Shown: piece after piece, positions 17,551 to 26,553 of the stretch | Layout: every line of letters begins with the position of its first letter | Numbering within the stretch: the first letter of the stretch is position 1 | Notes under the pieces: model-generated | The model's database searches: none | What the model was told of the DNA's origin: nothing | What the model saw: the letters and a program-made list of their open reading frames with translations, nothing else | Translations under genes and position numbers: made by a program | Source of the DNA: Ruminococcus sp. | Lineage (GTDB): Bacteria > Bacillota > Clostridia > Oscillospirales > Ruminococcaceae | Direction of reading: 5' to 3' | Assembly: GCF_017464355.1 (NCBI RefSeq) | Contig: NZ_JAFUAG010000023.1 | Coordinates: 2,089-66,088 of the forward strand | Length of the DNA stretch: 64,000 bases

Positions 17551-18126
17551 TCAGGCCTGTTCTCTGCCCAGTGCAAAGGCCTTCTTGTTCAGTTCAAGGA
17601 ACTTGGCGGGAACGCAATGCTCCAGCGCTGCCTGCCATATGTCCTCAGTGAAGTCCATTTTCTTGGACACAACGCCCATGAGGACCACGTTGGAAGCCTT
17701 GGAGGTACCTGCCTGCTCGGCAAGGGTAAGTGCGTCAACATCGATAACATCGATGCCCTGTGCTTTGAGCTTGGGGATTATCTCATCAGGATAAACAGCT
17801 GTGCCGTTGATAACGGGCATAGGGTCTATCTGCTGGGTAGAGGTAACGATATGGCCGCCTTTTTTCAGGTACTGCACATATCTTGCGGCCTCCAGCTGCT
17901 CAAAGCTGATGATGATATCAGCCTCGCCCTTTTCGACCACAGGCGAATACACCTTATCGCCGTACTTTACATATGTAACTACCGAACCGCCGCGCTGGCT
18001 CATGCCGTGGACCTCGCTGACTTTTACATCGAAGCCCTGGGACAGCAGCACGTTGCCCAGTATCCTGGAAGCCAGCAGCGAACCCTGTCCGCCAACGCCG
18101 ACTATCATTATAGACTTAGTTTCCAT
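17551..18126 (-). CDS. iorB: Indolepyruvate ferredoxin oxidoreductase subunit beta
   Basis: 191 aa. IMIVGVGGQGSLLASRILG N-terminus typical of the 2-oxoacid:ferredoxin oxidoreductase gamma-like/IorB family. Confidence 0.85.
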   Translation of the reverse strand: METKSIMIVGVGGQGSLLASRILGNVLLSQGFDVKVSEVHGMSQRGGSVVTYVKYGDKVYSPVVEKGEADIIISFEQLEAARYVQYLKKGGHIVTSTQQIDPMPVINGTAVYPDEIIPKLKAQGIDVIDVDALTLAEQAGTSKASNVVLMGVVSKKMDFTEDIWQAALEHCVPAKFLELNKKAFALGREQA

Positions 18127-18202
18127 TTATAATTACAACTCCTTTGTTAACATAATCATGTCAAACCTAGCATATCATCTTTACGAATTTTCATAGATCA
18201 TC

Positions 18203-18409
18203 TTATCGCAGGATCTGTATGCCATCTTTCGATTTAAGATCGTTAATAAGAAAATTTGTCAGAAGAGCAGCTGAGATGCCGTAGATCACGTAAGACACAA
18301 TATGATCCCACGTGAACCATTTTTCATAGAATGTGTACAGATGCATAGAAGTGAGAGCCAGATATACAGCACAGAGCAGTATCTCATTTATATGCAGAAC
18401 ACGTTTCAT
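18203..18409 (-). CDS. Small membrane protein (68 aa, 2 TM)
   Basis: ORF track. Two hydrophobic helices. Lies between iorA and iorB. Confidence 0.5.
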   Translation of the reverse strand: MKRVLHINEILLCAVYLALTSMHLYTFYEKWFTWDHIVSYVIYGISAALLTNFLINDLKSKDGIQILR

Positions 18410-18430
18410 AAGTACCCGCTTTCTTGATCA

Positions 18431-18862
18431 TCAGCTGAAAACATCAAACTTGCGAAGCACCACAAAGCCGCCGCCGATAGTTATCAGGTAGCCGATAACG
18501 AGGTCTTTATAGAAAGAGCCTTTCTCGCCGATCATATCCAGCAGATCCAGCACATTGCTGTAGCATTCACCGAAGGTCATCTCGCCGTCCATTGCACGGT
18601 ACAAAGCTATACCGTAGTTGAGCCTTGTGGCAAAATACACCGACACCAGTATGACCACCAGTGATATCACCAGACCCGTAACGCTCAGTCCCTTACCCAG
18701 AAGATAGTAGCCGCCAAGGGCACCCAGGCAAATGGCAAATCCGCCGATGAATGCGATCTTTCCGAGCATACCTATGAGGCACCACAGGCCTATGCCCAGC
18801 ATTGCGCCGACGACAGCGCCTATGGCACCCATCAGTTTATTGTCATCATTGTCAAGATACAT
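18431..18862 (-). CDS. Membrane protein (143 aa, Gly-rich TM helices)
   Basis: ORF track. Its start is 3 nt after the iorA stop, with the RBS GAGGT inside the iorA 3' end. Confidence 0.6.
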   Translation of the reverse strand: MYLDNDDNKLMGAIGAVVGAMLGIGLWCLIGMLGKIAFIGGFAICLGALGGYYLLGKGLSVTGLVISLVVILVSVYFATRLNYGIALYRAMDGEMTFGECYSNVLDLLDMIGEKGSFYKDLVIGYLITIGGGFVVLRKFDVFS

Positions 18863-18865
18863 CAG

Positions 18866-20602
18866 TTATACCTCATTTCCTTTTATTGCGCCCAGTTTGC
18901 ACATCTCGGTGCATATGCCGCAGCCTACACACTGGGTATGATCTATGACCATCTTCTTGTTGTGGATAGAAATTGCGGGACAGCCTATCTTCAGGCACTG
19001 CTTACAGCCTACGCACTTATCCTGGTCGCAGTGGAGCGCGGGCTTATGCTTTACATACTTCAGCAGAGCGCAGGGTCTTCTGGAAATGATGACAGAGGGT
19101 TCTTCCTTTGCCAGCTCCTCCTTGATGACAGCTTCTGTTTCAGCCATGTGATAGGGGTCTACCACACGTACGCTCCTGATACCTATAGCGTGGCAGAGGT
19201 CTTCCAGATTTACCGCAGCAGCAGGGTCGCCCTTTAGGTTCTTGCCTGTGGTGGGGTTCTGCTGGTGGCCTGTCATGCCTGTGATAGAGTTATCGAGGAT
19301 TATTACAGTAGAATTAGTAGCATTATAAGCGATGTTCACAAGACCTGTCATACCGCTGTGCATGAAGGTGGAGTCACCGATAACAGCAACAGACTTCTTC
19401 TCGGCCTCAGCGCCCAGGGCCTTGTTATAGCCGTGGAGGGCAGAAATGGAAGCGCCCATGCAGATAGTTGAATCCATAGCACACAGAGGTGCAGTCGCGC
19501 CCAGGGTGTAGCAGCCGATATCGCCGGAAACGGTGACTTTCAGCTTGCTCAGGCAGTAGAACAGACCTCTGTGAGGGCAGCCTGCGCACATAACGGGGGG
19601 TCTTACGGGAACAGCGTCTTCAAAGGTATCGAACTCAGGCTTGATACCAAGCACCTGCTCACGGATCTTGGTCTGGCTTATCTCGCCCAGCCAGCCGAAC
19701 AGGTTCTTGCCTTCAACATCAACACCGTTCTTCTTGCAGTGTGTTTCGATAACGTCGTCCAGCTCTTCTATGACTATGACACGCTTGCACTTTGCAGCGA
19801 AGTCCTTTATTATCTGTACGGGCATGGGGTTAACGATACCCAGCTTAAGGTAATTTACCTGATCTCCCAGAGCCTCCTTGGCGTACTGGTAGCAGATACC
19901 TGCGGTGATGACACCTATGTCAGCGCCGTTATCCTCAACGGTGTTCAGGGGACATGACTCACCGTATTCAGCGATAGCTCTCATCCTGTCCTCAACTACA
20001 GGGTGTCTGCGGATAGCGTTGCCGGGCATCATAACGTACTTGGCAGCGTTCTTCTCATAGGGGATAGGCTCACGCTCTTCCCTGTCGCAGAGTTCAACTG
20101 CGGACTGAGAGTGGGCTACTCTTGTAGACATTCTCACGATAACGGGAACATCGAACTTCTCAGAAAGCTCGAATGCCATCTTGGTGTACTCCTTGCACTC
20201 AGCGGAGTCGGAGGGTTCTATCATCATGGTCTTGGAGGCCGCAGCGTGATGACGGGAATCCTGCTCATTCTGGGAAGAATGCATACCCGGGTCATCGGCA
20301 ACTGCTATGACCATACCGCCTGTTACGCCTGTGTAGCCTGCGGTGTAGAGGGGGTCGGCAGCAACGTTAAGACCAACGTGCTTCATGCCGCAGAAGCTTC
20401 TCACACCTGCGATAGATGCGCCCAGAGCAACTTCCATAGCGACTTTCTCGTTAGGTGCCCACTCAGCATAGATCTCATCATACTTAGCGGCTGCCTCGGT
20501 TATCTCGGTAGAGGGTGTGCCGGGGTAGGACGAAACGACTTTACAGCCCGCTTCATAGAGTCCTCTGGCAAATGCCTCATTACCAAGCATCAGTGTTTTC
20601 AT
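18866..20602 (-). CDS. iorA: Indolepyruvate ferredoxin oxidoreductase subunit alpha
   Basis: TPP-enzyme core plus C-terminal 2x[4Fe-4S] motifs (CVGCKQCLKIGCP, CVGCGICTEMC). Start set to MKTLMLGNEAF (ATG 20602). Confidence 0.9.
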   Translation of the reverse strand: MKTLMLGNEAFARGLYEAGCKVVSSYPGTPSTEITEAAAKYDEIYAEWAPNEKVAMEVALGASIAGVRSFCGMKHVGLNVAADPLYTAGYTGVTGGMVIAVADDPGMHSSQNEQDSRHHAAASKTMMIEPSDSAECKEYTKMAFELSEKFDVPVIVRMSTRVAHSQSAVELCDREEREPIPYEKNAAKYVMMPGNAIRRHPVVEDRMRAIAEYGESCPLNTVEDNGADIGVITAGICYQYAKEALGDQVNYLKLGIVNPMPVQIIKDFAAKCKRVIVIEELDDVIETHCKKNGVDVEGKNLFGWLGEISQTKIREQVLGIKPEFDTFEDAVPVRPPVMCAGCPHRGLFYCLSKLKVTVSGDIGCYTLGATAPLCAMDSTICMGASISALHGYNKALGAEAEKKSVAVIGDSTFMHSGMTGLVNIAYNATNSTVIILDNSITGMTGHQQNPTTGKNLKGDPAAAVNLEDLCHAIGIRSVRVVDPYHMAETEAVIKEELAKEEPSVIISRRPCALLKYVKHKPALHCDQDKCVGCKQCLKIGCPAISIHNKKMVIDHTQCVGCGICTEMCKLGAIKGNEV

Positions 20603-20694
20603 AGCGATCTTTCCTTTCATGCAAGGCGGCAAACCTCCGCCTTCATTTTTGTGTTTTTCACAAGTCAGTGATACATTTGTAAATATATAAGTTG

Positions 20695-20723
20695 ATTATA
20701 CCACATTTTCCACTGAATTGCAA
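20695..20723 (-). promoter_or_regulatory. Sigma-A-type promoter of the ior/paaK cluster
   Basis: Minus strand: TTGCAA (20723..20718), 17 nt, TGgTATAAT (-10 at 20700..20695). Confidence 0.5.
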
Positions 20724-21019
20724 TAGGCGCGGGGCAACTTTTTATTATTATTGCCACAAAATGGTTATTTGGCAGAAGTTCAAAGTAAAACACAGGTATA
20801 TCAGCCATAGAAGTCATCAGGAAAAACTGCGAAAAAGTCCGCAGAAAGGCTTTTACGGGTGACTTGGGGATATGGGACAGTGTTACTTCATGCAATAACA
20901 AATACAGCTTTCGGCACGCTCGGTGATGTTTTTAGTTCAGCGGCAGCAGATCTTGCAGGCAGAAGCTTTCAGTTGCGCTTATTTGCGCAGAAATTTGCGA
21001 TAAAATTGTCTTTGGGCTA

Positions 21020-21048
21020 TTGCAAAATGGTCATTCATATTGTATAAT
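21020..21048 (+). promoter_or_regulatory. Sigma-A-type promoter of the C-N hydrolase/galK operon
   Basis: TTGCAA (21020-21025), 17 nt, TATAAT (21043-21048). It overlaps the TTG start in the ORF track, which is therefore rejected. Confidence 0.5.
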
Positions 21049-21081
21049 AGAGATGATGTTTTCGCAAAGGAAGTGAGAGGT

Positions 21082-21921
21082 GTGAAACTTAAGATAGCTT
21101 TTTTGCAGCTGCTGCCAAAGTACACAGCAGAGGAACAGCTGGCCATCGGCAGAGAGGGCTGCATACTTGCAAAGGAAATGGGCGCGGACATAGCACTGTT
21201 CCCGGAGATGTTCAGCTGCGGATACAGGTTTTCGCAGGACAGGAAAGAATTGTCAGCGCTGGCAGTTTCTGCGGAGGGTGAGTTCGTGCAGAGCTTCGGC
21301 AAACTGGCAAAGGAGCTTGACATGGCCATTGCTGTGACATTTCTTGAGAGCCATGAGCCTGCGCCGAAAAACTCGGTGATACTTTTTGACAGGCTGGGCA
21401 GGAACGTGCTGCATTACTCGAAGGTACACACCTGCGCTTTCGATAAGGAAAGGGTGCTTTCTGCGGGAGAGGATTTTTATGTCACCGAACTGGAAACCGC
21501 AAAGGGCAGCGTAAAGGTAGGCTCGATGATATGCTTTGACAGGGAGTTTCCCGAGAGCGCAAGGATACTCATGCTAAAGGGTGCGGAGCTCATACTGGCG
21601 CCAAATGCCTGCCCCATGGAGATAAACAGGCTTTCCGCCCTGAGAACAAGGGCTTACGAAAATATGCTGGCGGTGGCGACCTGCAACTATCCCGCGGGAC
21701 AGCCTGACTGCAACGGGCATTCTACCCTGTTTGACGGAGTGCCGTGGCTTCCCGAGGAAGAAGGCGTGCGGGATATGTGCGTGTTTGAGGCGGGAGAAGA
21801 CCCGGGGGTATACATGGCCGAGATCGACCTTGATATGCTGCGCAGGCACCGCGCGGAAGATGTAATGGGCGATAAATACAGGCACAGCGAAAAATACGGC
21901 GAACTGACAAAACCGCTGTGA
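21082..21921 (+). CDS. Carbon-nitrogen hydrolase (nitrilase superfamily)
   Basis: FPEM (catalytic Glu region) and MICFDREFPE (catalytic Cys). GTG 21082 lies behind AAGGAAG and is downstream of the promoter. Confidence 0.8.
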   Translation: MKLKIAFLQLLPKYTAEEQLAIGREGCILAKEMGADIALFPEMFSCGYRFSQDRKELSALAVSAEGEFVQSFGKLAKELDMAIAVTFLESHEPAPKNSVILFDRLGRNVLHYSKVHTCAFDKERVLSAGEDFYVTELETAKGSVKVGSMICFDREFPESARILMLKGAELILAPNACPMEINRLSALRTRAYENMLAVATCNYPAGQPDCNGHSTLFDGVPWLPEEEGVRDMCVFEAGEDPGVYMAEIDLDMLRRHRAEDVMGDKYRHSEKYGELTKPL

Positions 21922-21953
21922 ACTGACAGGATATATGATATGGAGGAATATTT

Positions 21954-23198
21954 ATGAAAACACTTTCAATGGGAAAAATATACGGTGCGGAGGACATGGA
22001 AAGACAGCTTGCACGCTACAGCGCAGCTGCTGCGGAGTTTGAAAAGCTGTACAGCGAAAAGCCCGCATTCTTTTTCAGCGCCCCCGGACGCACTGAGGTA
22101 GGCGGCAACCACACCGACCACAACTTAGGCTGTGTGCTGGCAGGCGGTGTATCCCTGGATATCATCGCGGCGGTAGTACCTACAGTTGACGGCAAAATAA
22201 CCATAAAGTCAGAGGGCTTCCCTGTGGACACCATTGAGGTGGAGGACACAGAGGTCAAGGAAAACGAGAAGAACACCTCGGCTTCACTTATAAGAGGCAT
22301 GGTGGGCGGTTTCAAGAAGAACGGCCACAAGGTCGGGGGCTTCAAGGCTTACTCGACCTCTGAAGTGCTGCAGGGCTCGGGGCTTTCTTCCTCGGCGGCC
22401 TATGAAGTGCTTATCGGCACTATACTCAACGGGCTGTACAATAACGGCGAGGTCAGCGATGTAGAGGTCGCCAAGCTGGCGCAGTATGCGGAGAATGTCT
22501 ACTTCGGCAAGCCCTCGGGTCTTATGGATCAGATGGCATCTTCCGTGGGCGGGCTGATAACCATTGATTTTGCCGACAAGGACGAGCCTGTGATAAACAA
22601 GGTGGATTTCGACTTTGCCTCCAGCGGACACAAGCTGTGTATCATAGACACCAAGGGCAGCCACGCTGACCTGACACCAGAGTACGCTGCTATACCTCCC
22701 GAGATGAAGAGCGTTGCAGAGCATTTCGGCAAGACAGTTCTGAGGGAGATAGACAGGGACATGGTAATGGAGAACATTGCTGTCCTCAGGAAAGAATGCG
22801 GCGACAGGGCTGTGCTGAGAGCGCTGCATTTCTTCGATGAGAACGAGAGAGTTGCGGGACAGTCAGCGGCGCTGGAAAAGGGCGACTTTGCAAGGTTCCT
22901 GGAGCTGATAACAGAAAGCGGTCAGTCCTCGCTGGCATATCTGCAGAACATTTTTGCAGCAGTGAACGTTCGTGAGCAGGGGCTGACGGTAGCGCTGTAT
23001 CTGGCGAAAAAGCTGCTGGACGGCGAGGGTGCCTGCAGAGTTCACGGCGGCGGATTTGCCGGAACGATACAGGCTTTCGTGCCTGAAAGCAAGCTGGAAA
23101 CTTTCAGGGCTGAAATGGACAGAGTGTTCGGCGAGGGCAGCTGCCATGTGCTTTCCATAAGGAATTGCGGCGGCACAAAGGTGCTGTTTGAAGCATGA
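21954..23198 (+). CDS. galK: Galactokinase-family GHMP kinase
   Basis: GRTEVGGNHTDHN (galactokinase signature variant) and the GHMP motif GSGLSSSAA. 414 aa. Confidence 0.8.
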   Translation: MKTLSMGKIYGAEDMERQLARYSAAAAEFEKLYSEKPAFFFSAPGRTEVGGNHTDHNLGCVLAGGVSLDIIAAVVPTVDGKITIKSEGFPVDTIEVEDTEVKENEKNTSASLIRGMVGGFKKNGHKVGGFKAYSTSEVLQGSGLSSSAAYEVLIGTILNGLYNNGEVSDVEVAKLAQYAENVYFGKPSGLMDQMASSVGGLITIDFADKDEPVINKVDFDFASSGHKLCIIDTKGSHADLTPEYAAIPPEMKSVAEHFGKTVLREIDRDMVMENIAVLRKECGDRAVLRALHFFDENERVAGQSAALEKGDFARFLELITESGQSSLAYLQNIFAAVNVREQGLTVALYLAKKLLDGEGACRVHGGGFAGTIQAFVPESKLETFRAEMDRVFGEGSCHVLSIRNCGGTKVLFEA

Positions 23199-23767
23199 AG
23201 ATAAACGAGATAAAAGGCATACTGGGCGACCATGTGGCCTCGGGAAAGCCCTGCCTGAAAATGATAAGCTGCGGCGAGATCATGATAGCGGGGCTGCCCT
23301 ATACTTTCAGTATGCAGAACATCGGGGCGGAGTCAAAAGGCATATGCGTGACTATCTCGGGGGACGATGTGGACAGCGGCCGCATACGTTTCACCGACCT
23401 GGTCTTCATGAAACAGAAGAACGGCAAAAGTGCGCCTGAGAGGTACGACTTCCCGCTGGTGACAAAAAAGGACGGCAAGAAGATATATCAGGCCAGGTTT
23501 GATGACTTGCCCCTGCAGGAATTCGACCCCGAAGTTGCCACCACCAAGGAGGAGTTCCTGGGAGTGATCTCAACTCAGCTGACATTCAGGGTGACTCCCC
23601 TCTTTGAGGGCGATGATACACCTGAGGTCATGCTTTCGGTCTACCCGCTGGGAGACCCTATAACAGGGTCGGCTACCGAGTGGAAAAAAGTTACGGCGGA
23701 CGAGGACTATTTTCTGCACAAGGTAAAAAAAGGCCGCGGGCTCTTTGGCAGAAAGAGGAAGAAGTAA
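23195..23767 (+). CDS. Hypothetical protein (190 aa) with a basic C-terminal tail
   Basis: ATG overlaps the galK stop (ATGA). No family recognised. Ends KKGRGLFGRKRKK. Confidence 0.65.
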   Translation: MKINEIKGILGDHVASGKPCLKMISCGEIMIAGLPYTFSMQNIGAESKGICVTISGDDVDSGRIRFTDLVFMKQKNGKSAPERYDFPLVTKKDGKKIYQARFDDLPLQEFDPEVATTKEEFLGVISTQLTFRVTPLFEGDDTPEVMLSVYPLGDPITGSATEWKKVTADEDYFLHKVKKGRGLFGRKRKK

Positions 23768-24096
23768 TGACGATGAGGGCTTTTTATCTGACGGACATTC
23801 TTCACACGGGGCACCACGGTGTTGAATACACCCCGAAAGTCGGAGAAAAATATGATGAACGCCGCGGGAAGATAATGCTGCTGGACGATGATAAGCTTGA
23901 AGAAGGACAGCGTTTTCCCTTTGTGCTTTACAGCGAAGACGAAAATGGCGGAATGAAGGCTGAAAAATTTGTGAGAGCCACATACTTCGAGAGAATGTAC
24001 GCTGAGGGTGACAGGATATTTCTGCGGACGCTGAACAGCATTTATGTGCTGAAAGAGGCGGAGGCGGAAGTTCTTGAAAGGATAAAGAGAACGTGA
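23767..24096 (+). CDS. Hypothetical protein (109 aa)
   Basis: ATG overlaps the upstream stop (TAATG). The ORF-track version starts further upstream in the same frame. Confidence 0.6.
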   Translation: MTMRAFYLTDILHTGHHGVEYTPKVGEKYDERRGKIMLLDDDKLEEGQRFPFVLYSEDENGGMKAEKFVRATYFERMYAEGDRIFLRTLNSIYVLKEAEAEVLERIKRT

Positions 24097-24446
24097 GCGA
24101 GACTGGGAAAGTTCTGGCGGAAAGCGATGATATCCGCCTGGTGCATGAATATGAAAACGCTTATGTGATAAGGAAGTCTGATGAAAAGGTGCTGGCGGAA
24201 TGCTCCTTCTACGGCGACCCTGCAGGGGGTCTGATAGACAGGGAGGAACGCTTTGCAGTGCTGTACGGCTGCGGGATATCCTTCTGCGGGCTGACAGAAG
24301 GCAATTCCCGAAAATACGGCTTTGACAGGGGCTGCGAGATATGGGCGGAAAGTGCGCAGCAGCTGTCTGACGGCAGCGTTGAGGTCACGGCCGAGGACGG
24401 TAAGATATTCTGCCTTGACACACAAGGCAATTGTAAGGAGAAGTAA
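24093..24446 (+). CDS. Hypothetical protein (117 aa)
   Basis: GTG overlaps the upstream stop (GTGA). Ends 4 nt before the trmB ATG. Confidence 0.6.
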   Translation: MSETGKVLAESDDIRLVHEYENAYVIRKSDEKVLAECSFYGDPAGGLIDREERFAVLYGCGISFCGLTEGNSRKYGFDRGCEIWAESAQQLSDGSVEVTAEDGKIFCLDTQGNCKEK

Positions 24447-24450
24447 GAAT

Positions 24451-25122
24451 ATGCGAATGAGAAGAAAAAGCAACCTTGAAGAAAGGCTGGCGGCCTGCGG
24501 CGACAGGATAATCTACCTTGACCGCGATGTGCTGGATTTTTCTGTAAAGGACGACAGGGATATGCTGGATATCCCCGCAATTTTTGGCAATGACAAGCCG
24601 CTGGAGCTGGAGATAGGCTGCGGCAAGGGGCAGTTTATCCGTGAAATGGCAAAGCGGCACCCAGAGGTGAATTTTCTGGCAGTGGAAGTAAGTTCAAATG
24701 TTATAGTTGAAGCAGCAGAAAATGTCATCGCTGACGGGCTTGACAATGTCAGGTTCATGCGGGGCAACGCCAGGTATCTGGACTGCTTTATACCTGCGGG
24801 CATGGTGCGGAAGATATACCTGAATTTCAGCTGTCCCTATCCGAAGAACACCTATGCCAACCATAGGCTGACCCATGCTGAGTTCCTGGGAATATACAAG
24901 ACCCTGCTGACAGCGGACGGCGAGATACACCAGAAGACCGATAATATGCACTTTTTCGAGTTCTCGCTGGAGCAGTTCTCTCAGGAGGGCTGGGGGCTGA
25001 GGAACATTTCCCTTGACCTGCACAACAGTGATTTTGAGGGCAACATAGTCACCGAATACGAAAAGCGCTTCACCGACCTTGGACAGCCCATCTACAGGCT
25101 GGAAGCTTATGTGAGAAAATAA
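24451..25122 (+). CDS. trmB: tRNA (guanine46-N7)-methyltransferase
   Basis: Start MRMRRKSNLEERL behind TAAGGAG. SAM motif LEIGCGKGQF. YLNFSCPYPK corresponds to the TrmB FPDPWPK region. Confidence 0.88.
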   Translation: MRMRRKSNLEERLAACGDRIIYLDRDVLDFSVKDDRDMLDIPAIFGNDKPLELEIGCGKGQFIREMAKRHPEVNFLAVEVSSNVIVEAAENVIADGLDNVRFMRGNARYLDCFIPAGMVRKIYLNFSCPYPKNTYANHRLTHAEFLGIYKTLLTADGEIHQKTDNMHFFEFSLEQFSQEGWGLRNISLDLHNSDFEGNIVTEYEKRFTDLGQPIYRLEAYVRK

Positions 25123-25127
25123 CAGTA

Positions 25128-25171
25128 CAAAAAATATCCCGAAAGCAGAGAATGCCTTCGGGATCATTTTT
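25128..25171. terminator. Bidirectional terminator between trmB and fucA
   Basis: ATCCCGAA (25136-25143) / TTCGGGAT (25157-25164), flanked by an A-run and a T-run. Confidence 0.65.
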
Positions 25172-25198
25172 ATGTTCAAATATCAAAAGTACGCAAAG

Positions 25199-25915
25199 TT
25201 ACTTATCCTCCCCCGAATACTTTTTATAACCCGGGTGCTTACCTGTGACACCGTACTGGGGGCGCATACCGATGAGTCTGTCAATGTTGTCACGGTCGAT
25301 ATCCTTGACACCACCCAGCAGCCTTGCCACCAGAGATATCTGCGCCTGAAGCTCAAGAGTTTCCATGCGGTAATAAGCAGTGGTCAGGTCAGCGCCGACG
25401 GTCAGGGCACCGTGATTTGTCAGCAGCATGACATCGTGTTCCTGAAGGTAGGGCTCGATAGCCTCGGGGACTTCAAAGGTCGAGGGGGTGCCGTAGGGGG
25501 TCAGGGGGACCGAGCCCACAGCAATGACCGTTTCGATCATGCAATAGTCGTCCAGAGGCACATGAGCGCAGGCAAACCCCGTAGATACAGGGGGATGAGC
25601 GTGTACCACCGCACCAACATCGGGGCGGTCGTGATAGCACTTGATGTGCATTTTCACCTCGGAGGAAGGTTTCCAATCCTCGGTGGGCTTTTCGATTATG
25701 TTGAAATCGCTGTCGATAAGACCGATGTGGTCACGGGTTATCTCAGCCTTTGAAATGCCTGTGCGAGTGGCGAGAAAACGGTTCTCACCCACCTTGACAG
25801 TGACGTTGCCGTCGTTGGCTGCCACCCAGCCTTTCTGCCACATTTTATGGCAGACCTCCACCATCTTATCCTTGATATCTTCGTACATATCCATATTCCT
25901 TTCCATATTACCCAT
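25199..25915 (-). CDS. fucA: Class II aldolase, probable L-fuculose-1-phosphate aldolase
   Basis: Class II aldolase/adducin fold motifs (VVHAHPP). Last gene of the fucose operon. Confidence 0.75.
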   Translation of the reverse strand: MGNMERNMDMYEDIKDKMVEVCHKMWQKGWVAANDGNVTVKVGENRFLATRTGISKAEITRDHIGLIDSDFNIIEKPTEDWKPSSEVKMHIKCYHDRPDVGAVVHAHPPVSTGFACAHVPLDDYCMIETVIAVGSVPLTPYGTPSTFEVPEAIEPYLQEHDVMLLTNHGALTVGADLTTAYYRMETLELQAQISLVARLLGGVKDIDRDNIDRLIGMRPQYGVTGKHPGYKKYSGEDK

Positions 25916-25960
25916 TATCTATATACGCGTAAATACGCGGTATATCCGACTAAGTGTCCT

Positions 25961-26539
25961 TTATTCAGGATATTTTACCTCTATGACGTAAGCCCAGGGT
26001 ATATCCTCGCTCTGCCAGACGTTATTGTCCGAAATTTTGAACACATATCCGTCCGCAGACATTTTTGCAGTGTCGATCACCAGCACGGCAGGTCTACCGT
26101 GGCGGCTGCCGACTTTGACAGCAGTGTCCATATCTTTGGACAGATGAACATACTGCCTTGACATTCTGAGAATGCCATTTTCCTTTATGCTGTCCAAAAA
26201 AGCGGACGAAGTGCCGTGGTACAGCACAGGGGGCGGCTCGGCAATTTTCATGTCGATGAAAACATCGACACTGTGCCCCTGATTTGCCCGTATCTTCGAC
26301 TTATCAGCGTTGAAAGAATAGCGCTGCTTGTTGTTTTCACGGACTATCCTTTCGAGTGTTTCCATATCCAGTTTTCTTCCAGTGGCGCAGACACCGCTGA
26401 TAAGAGCCTTGGTGTCTGCCCAGCCCTCGCTGTCAAGCGTCAGCCCCGCAGCTGAGGGTTCGTGCCGCAGCACCAGACTTATAAAGCGCCCCAGAGAAAC
26501 GTCATCGTTTTTTATCTTGCTCATCTTGTTTTCTCCCAT
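25961..26539 (-). CDS. kptA: RNA 2'-phosphotransferase, Tpt1/KptA family
   Basis: LGRFISLVLRHEPSAAGLTLDSEGWA and ...HGT... motifs typical of KptA. 192 aa. Confidence 0.85.
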   Translation of the reverse strand: MGENKMSKIKNDDVSLGRFISLVLRHEPSAAGLTLDSEGWADTKALISGVCATGRKLDMETLERIVRENNKQRYSFNADKSKIRANQGHSVDVFIDMKIAEPPPVLYHGTSSAFLDSIKENGILRMSRQYVHLSKDMDTAVKVGSRHGRPAVLVIDTAKMSADGYVFKISDNNVWQSEDIPWAYVIEVKYPE

Positions 26540-26553
26540 TTAATATATTTATA

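Noticed and set aside
20665-21047. ORFs 20665..20901 (-) and 20859..21047 (+) in the ior/C-N hydrolase divergent spacer.
   Set aside because: They have no RBS, overlap both predicted promoters, and have non-protein-like composition.
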